Assembly: GCA_052174495.1 (NCBI GenBank)
Contig: JBQMRR010000044.1
Coordinates: 56,425 to 120,424 of the forward strand
Source: Arsenophonus sp. NC-TX2-MAG3
GTDB taxonomy: Bacteria > Pseudomonadota > Gammaproteobacteria > Enterobacterales > Enterobacteriaceae
DNA length: 64,000 bases
Direction of reading: 5' to 3'
The position numbers and the translations under genes were made by a program. Each line of letters starts with the position of its first letter. The stretch's first letter is position 1. This document shows positions 57,905 to 64,000 of this stretch, one piece after another. The notes beneath the pieces are model-generated. The model saw only the letters and a program-made list of their open reading frames with translations. It had not been told where the DNA came from and made no database searches.

Positions 57905-58681
57905 CGACGGCATATGCTGCTCTGTGAGGTAAGTTTATCGCTTTTACCTGCTGTAATTATGTTTAGGTCATTGTTACATCATGAACATAAGGAGTTCATT
58001 ATAGTTGAAGATGCTTATCAAGAGTTAGAATCGGTACTGTTGGCGAACTTCTCAATGGCTGATGAGCGCGTGGCTTAACCGTATTTCAGGCTTACTACAG
58101 GAATGATTATTAGTTTTTGTAATGTAATAGCAAAGATATTTCTGAGCATGCGGCACCAACGCTTCTAGTATACAAAAAGCTAATCTAGTGACTTCACTTC
58201 CCAAAAGCATACAATCAAAAGTTAAGGCTGAATTGCGAGAGCTCTTGTTAACAGAGAGTCACGATGTCGCTAATAAAGTCATTAATGTTTTGTTGGTAAA
58301 GTTTTTAGCGAAGTGCTATCCTGCAGCGATTAAATAAGGTGGAGAAAAAGCAAGAAGAACGGCTGCCATTCTATAGCTTCCTGTCAGTCAAACACACTGG
58401 GGATTAATAAGATCCAGAATCCGATTCAATCGACTTTTGTGACGTGATCCCTATAGATCTTCCGCGCAAAGCATTATGGTTTGAGAAAACAATCTCTTAA
58501 ATTGTATTTAAGCTTATTCTTATCCTGCTCAGAAAAGCTAAAACAGGCTAAAGGGGGGATTTAATCTGTTGGGATAACTTATGGAATAAACAACACCTAA
58601 TTTAAGGATGAAGAATAGATTTATTAAACATCAAAGGCTAGCATAGCTTGATTGTCATACACTAAATTTTACTAATAACTC
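57905..58681 (+). mobile_element. IS256-family element, 3' part (copy 9)
   Basis: NPIQSTF and FKDE fragments; right end CATACACTAAATTTTACTAATAACTC. Confidence 0.82.
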
Positions 58682-59040
58682 AGGAATTTTTATACGGTTT
58701 ACTAGTAGATCATTAAGAGGAAAAACATTTTTGCAGGGAAATCACTGTAGCTTTCTAAGCTGGCGACAGCGTAATCGGCAGAGGATAGGAAATAATAGCT
58801 ATAATCATCAACATCATCTCGTTTTTACCATTTAGCGACGATAAGTTTAGATATATTATAATGCTTAACTAAAGGAAGCACAGTCTGTTTGATTGCCTGA
58901 AGAGTATTTTAATTTTATGTATTGTAATAGTTGTTTGATAATGGTGCTTCATTATTATGATATTTGCATTCAACTATAATTGTACCCTCAGTATCTATCT
59001 TGCCATGAATAAGGTTATACAACAAGAATCTAGATAACAA
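58682..59040 (-). mobile_element. IS481-family 5' fragment
   Basis: Colinear with 12290-12620 and 51140-51480. Confidence 0.75.
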
Positions 59041-59197
59041 TCTTGGACTAAATATCTAATTAATAAAATTTAAATAAAAACACCAATAAATAATAAATAG
59101 TTAATCATCTATCATACAAAAATAAAATGTGTAAAATATTTAACCGTTTTTTATCTATTTTTTGCTAAAAACCTTATTTTTTTTAAAAAGGTGCATA

Positions 59198-60538
59198 ATG
59201 CATTCATCTGATGTTATTAAGCGTTCACTTTATTCGCTAAGTTGGCCCATTTTTATTGATATATTGTTACATTTTTTAACATTATTTATCAATACTTATA
59301 TGGTTAGTCACGTCTCAACTGCTTATTTAGCCGCAATGGGAGTAGGCAACCAAGTTTTTGATCTTTTTATTACTATTTTTAACTTTATCAGTGTAGGATG
59401 CAGTGTTGTTATTGCTCAATATTTAGGAGTAGGTAAAAAAGAAAAGGCTAGTCAAGCCATTCATATCTCTATCGCTTTTAATTTTTTATTAGGCTTTATC
59501 AGTGCTACAATTATTCTACTCTTTAGCTATAAGATACTTGGTATCATGAATATACCAATACATTTGCTGGATTATGGATATGCTTACTTACATATTCTTG
59601 GTTTATGTTTAATACCAGAAGCAATTTCAATTATATTAGCGGCTTGTTTACGTGTTTATGGTAAATCACAACCGGCAATGTGGGTAACATTTATTGCCAA
59701 TTTAATTACTATCTTTGGTAATATTATTGTTTTATATGGTTTTTTTGGTTTACCCCAATATGGATTAATTGGTGTTGCTTGGTCTACAGCAGTTGGTCGT
59801 ATAGTTGCTATTATATTACTTTTCTTTCTGCTATTTAGTGGATTGAAGATCAAATTTGTTCTCACTTTACTATTCCAATGGTCAAAAAGTATCTTGAATA
59901 AAATATTACATATCGGACTTCCTTCTGCAGGTGAAAATTTAGTTTGGATTTTACATTATATGGTTGCTTCTACTTTTATTGGTTTAATGGGAGAAACTTC
60001 TTTAGCTGCTCAAACCCTCTATTTCCAACTTTCCTTATTTATTATGCTATTTGGTATTTCCATTAGTATTGGTAACGAAATTATGGTAGGTCATTTAGTT
60101 GGTGCTAAGCGCTTTGAAGATGCATATCAACGAGGGTTAAAAAGTTTAAAATGGGGATTTTTTATTACCATTGGTATAGTATTTTGCTTTTGGTTATTAC
60201 GTGTACCTCTATTGGAAATGATTACTGAAGATCGCAATATAATAAAATTATTACTTCCCCTTTTCTTACTCTCTGTTTTTCTTGAGCCTGGAAGAACATT
60301 AAATATTGTTATGGTAAATGCCTTACGTGCTGCTGGCGATGCCAGCTTTCCCTTCTGCGCCGCGCTTATTTCTATGTGGGGTATTGCGATACCAATTAGC
60401 TATTTTTTAGGTTTAAAAATGGAAATGGGATTATTGGGAATTTGGTTTGGATTTTTATGTGATGAATGGTTACGGGGTTTAACTAATGCCTGGCGTTGGT
60501 ATTCTAAACGTTGGCAAATCAAGCGTATTGATATGTAA
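59198..60538 (+). CDS. MATE-family efflux transporter
   Basis: LSWPIFI..NTYMVSH..LAAMGVGNQ..VIAQYLG; internal two-fold repeat (IMVGHLVGAKRF; NALRAAGD); about 12 TM. Likely start is the ATG at 59198. Confidence 0.92.
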   Translation: MHSSDVIKRSLYSLSWPIFIDILLHFLTLFINTYMVSHVSTAYLAAMGVGNQVFDLFITIFNFISVGCSVVIAQYLGVGKKEKASQAIHISIAFNFLLGFISATIILLFSYKILGIMNIPIHLLDYGYAYLHILGLCLIPEAISIILAACLRVYGKSQPAMWVTFIANLITIFGNIIVLYGFFGLPQYGLIGVAWSTAVGRIVAIILLFFLLFSGLKIKFVLTLLFQWSKSILNKILHIGLPSAGENLVWILHYMVASTFIGLMGETSLAAQTLYFQLSLFIMLFGISISIGNEIMVGHLVGAKRFEDAYQRGLKSLKWGFFITIGIVFCFWLLRVPLLEMITEDRNIIKLLLPLFLLSVFLEPGRTLNIVMVNALRAAGDASFPFCAALISMWGIAIPISYFLGLKMEMGLLGIWFGFLCDEWLRGLTNAWRWYSKRWQIKRIDM

Positions 60539-60959
60539 TATTATTTTATTTTTTATTGTCTTTAAGTAATTCAGGTATCCATAAACAATCGTTAAATTAA
60601 CGCTTTCAGTTAATAATACAAATTATTTATAATTTTTTTTAGATAAACATAAATCAATAAAGACGATTGCTCATTAACATCTTAATGTATCTTACTATCT
60701 TGCTATTCACGATGCCAATAGCATTAATACAAACATTGTATGTTTTATACATTCATCTATAAGGCTGATGAATGTATAATAGCTAATATTTTTTATAAGA
60801 TAAAGAAATATCAGTATGTCGACATAATAATCTTTTTCTATTACTTTTGATAGTTTTGCCAATTTAACTGTTTAATCAAAATAAAACAATTGTCAATTGA
60901 ATACTATTTTATGTGCTAGATATAAACCGAGAAAAACAGATTTTGAAATAGTTAACTTA

Positions 60960-62342
60960 AAGTTATTAGCAAATCGTCTGTATATGACGCAGGCTAAGTT
61001 TCATTCTGATGTTTCATAAATCTATTCTCCATTTTTAAGTTAGACGTTATTTATCATTAAGATCAGCAATGAAATCCTACTTAACCGCTCTCCTAGATTT
61101 CTAATTATACGGAAGCAGTTAAAATAAGATCGAAAGTCTTTTTTTTAAATTACAAAGCTTCGCGTATGTTAAGCTTAGTAGCTTTACTCCTATAAAAGCC
61201 AATTAAATTAAATCGTTATTCTTATTGAGACTTAGTAAACTGACAGGAAGCCATAGAATGCTCAGTCGTTCTTCTTAATCTTTTGAGCTTCTTCATTCCT
61301 GCAGGATATTTTCTAAATCCTATTTTTAATAAAACATCAATGATTTTATTAGCGACATTACGGATTTCTGCTAGATAAATCTCCCGCAGATCACCTTAAC
61401 TTTCGGTTGCATGGACTTAATGGAGTGAAGGCAGTACATTAGTTATTTTGCATACCCAATAACATTAATGTTTCGTGCACAGAAATATCTTTATTATTAG
61501 CTTCTAAAAGCTAATGGGACAGTCTCTTCTAGTAAGCTAAGGAAATATAGTTTTAAAGCACAATGCTAGCAGCTATCCAGAAATTAAGCTCAATACGCTT
61601 CTGACTCTTAATAACCATCTTCGGTCGTAACGAGCTGCTTACACATTCATGATCAGCAACGTCAATAATGGCTAATAGGTAAAGGCAATTAGCTTGCCTG
61701 ATAGGGGAGTTATATTATTAGCATAAAAACAAGCGTAGGTGTATTATTTAAATCATGCAGCTATCATCATTGATTATAATTTTTAATCCATTACTGTTTC
61801 AGCTGTGATGGTACTTGAAGGAGATCATGTTCTTTTTACCATGAGCGTTCTTAGAGCTTCGTGAAATTATCGCTAGATATGAATCGCATATACAGGAATG
61901 GCTAGAATTTCTTGATATTTTTGTTCCCTTCAGATAGATAAAAAGGTAACATACAAGTTATTGAAGTATATCCCATTTTTCTGTGATTCCTGACCTTAAG
62001 CAGTTTAGTCTCAGCATCGCCAATAGGCGTCGTCTTCTTTGCCTTTCTGAGCAAATAACCGTTATGAATAACAACATGATAACACTTGTCAACAAAAATA
62101 GACGTTGAAGATATTGTTTATAATCATGGTTTCGATTCTGCCTAAACAGCGATGCTATGAACTACCTAATGGAATTATAGATGAATTCATGGAAAGGAAT
62201 AACGGTAATATCTAGTTTGCAGATACCTCTAGGCAGATTTTTCATAGAATATTATCTAAATATGATTGAAATTATCCACGAAACAATCAGGAAGGATACG
62301 CTGCTATCTTCAAAACTCTATACATTAGAATAGATATAATTC
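60960..62342 (-). mobile_element. Degenerate IS256-family element (copy 10), full length
   Basis: Ends AAGTTATTAGCAAATCGTCTGTATATGACG and TATACATTAGAATAGATATAATTC. Confidence 0.87.
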
Positions 62343-62457
62343 AATTTCTTATATTAAAATATAAAAATAATCATATTAGTATGAAAATTTGATAAATGGT
62401 TTAACCGAAAGATATGCTTTTACTAAGAAGTGAGTAATAGCATAAATTAGATTGGAT

Positions 62458-63126
62458 TTAAGGATTACGACGATTAAATTTTTTCTTTAGTACTACGGCT
62501 ATACTGCCTATTAGGCCAATAAAAAGCAAAATAATCGGTATTAGAATTAAAATACTCATAATCTGGTGTTCGTAATATTGAAAGAGAGGACTCTTACCGA
62601 AGATATAACCAATAGTGGATAAAATCAATACCCAAAGTAATCCACTAAGCCAATTAAAAAACTGGAAGCGTCCATTAGGTAAACCGGATAGACCGGCTAT
62701 GATAGGTAGTATTGTTCTTATAAAAGCAAGAAAACGGCCTATAAGTAGTGCCGTCAAGCCGTGGCGATGAAAAAGACTATAAGCACGTTGTTGATAATGT
62801 TCAGGTAGATGAGAGAGCCAACTTTGTGCGATTTTATTGTTTACTAGCCATTTACCTTGGAGATATCCAACCCAGCAACCCAAACTAGCACCAAGAGTTA
62901 AGATAATAATTGTTAATGGATAATTAACAGTACCTTTAGCTATTAGAACGCCTACTAGGATAAGTAGGCTGTCACCAGGTAAAAAAGCAGCAGGTAATAT
63001 TCCATTTTCCAAAAATAATATTATAAATAATATAATATAGATAGCCCATACTAATGAAGGATTCATTATCATATTGTAATCTTGATGCCAGAGTGCAAAA
63101 AAAAGTTCTTTAACTAATTCCATCAA
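62458..63126 (-). CDS. yqjA: DedA-family inner membrane protein YqjA/YghB
   Basis: FLENGILPAAFLPGDSLL, WLSHLPEHYQQRA, GRFLAFIRT, FQFFNWLSG. Cannot distinguish yqjA from its paralogue yghB by eye. Confidence 0.88.
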   Translation of the reverse strand: MMELVKELFFALWHQDYNMIMNPSLVWAIYIILFIILFLENGILPAAFLPGDSLLILVGVLIAKGTVNYPLTIIILTLGASLGCWVGYLQGKWLVNNKIAQSWLSHLPEHYQQRAYSLFHRHGLTALLIGRFLAFIRTILPIIAGLSGLPNGRFQFFNWLSGLLWVLILSTIGYIFGKSPLFQYYEHQIMSILILIPIILLFIGLIGSIAVVLKKKFNRRNP

Positions 63127-63209
63127 GTGTTTCCTAAATACCGTTATCTTTAAACCTAATTGGCAGTTCTTACCTATTATCTCTTATTATAGATAATGCG
63201 ATCCTGGTT

Positions 63210-64000
63210 AAAAACGTTGTAATATAAGTATTATATTCTGGAAGATAGTATGTTTTTATAATTTAAGTTTAACTTTGAACCAATCTTTCATAGACTGCAA
63301 TGCAGTTTTACTATCCAATACTGATTTGGGTAATTCTTGATTGTAAAATAAAACATATTGATGCAGGGTGATATCAAAAGCTTTTGAATAGAATTGAAAT
63401 GATGGGATTTCCAGTCTATCTCTCCCATACGAACATTAAATCCATCTACCATACCATTCGTTTAAGGATGAATCGGTGGTTTTTAAATTCCTGCTCTATA
63501 CTAAGCTCTGTACATAAACTGGCAAATTTCTGTTTTGATGCTAAACGTTTTTTAGAGTAAAAGGCAGTTTCTGTAAATTCTTTGCTATTGTCTGTAAGTA
63601 CTCAATGGATCTCAAGGAACATGCTCGATTAAAATCATATAAAAAGGCGTCTACCATTGGCCATGGTTTTTGGATTTTAAAGACGAATAAAACCCATTGA
63701 GTGATGTGATTTGTGCTTATAAAAAGATAACGTTGTGAAGTTTTGTTTGATATTTGTGGATACATTTCAGATCTACCGTGTAGATAAGTAGGCTTATAGC
63801 TTTTAAATGCTTTATGTTTTGACTTCGTAGTTTTCTGCCTTATTTCACGAAAATTCCACCTCCCTTTCTCCATAAACGGCGATGCAATCTAAGTTAAGAT
63901 ACAACAGAATCAGGAATTCACATACAACTACCAGTAGATCGGCGAGAGGAAGAAAGCGGTTTTCGCAAGAAAGCAATTACATCTGCTTGATCGTGCCAAC
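63210..64000 (-). mobile_element. Degenerate IS481-family element (runs off the window end)
   Basis: ORF 63541-63873 KHKAFKSYKPTYLH..QRYLFIS..FNRACSLR is a frameshifted IS481 core (HKTFKAYEPGYLH..RRYLFVAIDR..LERACPIR). Confidence 0.88.

Noticed and set aside
925-59865. Short ORFs antisense to or overlapping housekeeping genes (e.g. 925-1116, 4400-4711, 26659-26895, 27972-28247, 35460-35747, 35473-35754, 54573-54815, 59656-59865)
   Set aside because: Shadow ORFs of real genes with no independent evidence.
63541-63873. 110-aa ORF as a functional transposase
   Set aside because: Frameshifted fragment of the IS481 core; too short and the catalytic motifs are broken.
1-64000. CRISPR array, rRNA, tRNA, prophage, toxin or secretion genes
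   Set aside because: No regularly spaced repeats, RNA-gene signatures or recognisable ORFs of these classes; the recurring motifs of about 25 bp are IS256 termini.

Overview
AT-rich (roughly 30% GC by eye) chromosomal segment of an enterobacterial genome in mid-stage reduction. An Arsenophonus/Morganellaceae-like insect endosymbiont is my inference from composition, gene order and protein sequences; no database search was run. About 45% of the window is intact housekeeping CDS: hldE (partial), lolCDE, mfd, ndh, lpoB-hinT-ycfH-holB-tmk-mltG-pabC, acpP-fabG-fabD-fabH-plsX-rpmF, rluC, rne, plaP, surE-pcm-nlpD, a MATE transporter and yqjA. About a third is fossil insertion sequence from four families (about 10 IS256, 7 IS481 loci, 3 IS1595, 3 IS91-family), none with an intact transposase. 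Some copies are nested and keep target-site duplications. Recognisable host pseudogenes are cobB, thiK, fabF, yceD, yceF/maf, sbcB, truD and rpoS. The best candidate for novel biology is a 71-codon upstream ORF with a strong RBS whose stop overlaps the plaP start; it carries an F-Y-F-F-S-A motif reminiscent of the SpeFL arrest peptide and could be a polyamine-sensing leader. Other highlights are an acyl carrier protein with a 9-residue N-terminal insertion, a readable chronology of IS invasions, and frequent micro-duplications and hairpins in dead DNA alongside loss of exonuclease I. No rRNA, tRNA or CRISPR array was seen. Pseudogene and IS calls come from manual translation against remembered family sequences, and their boundaries are approximate.
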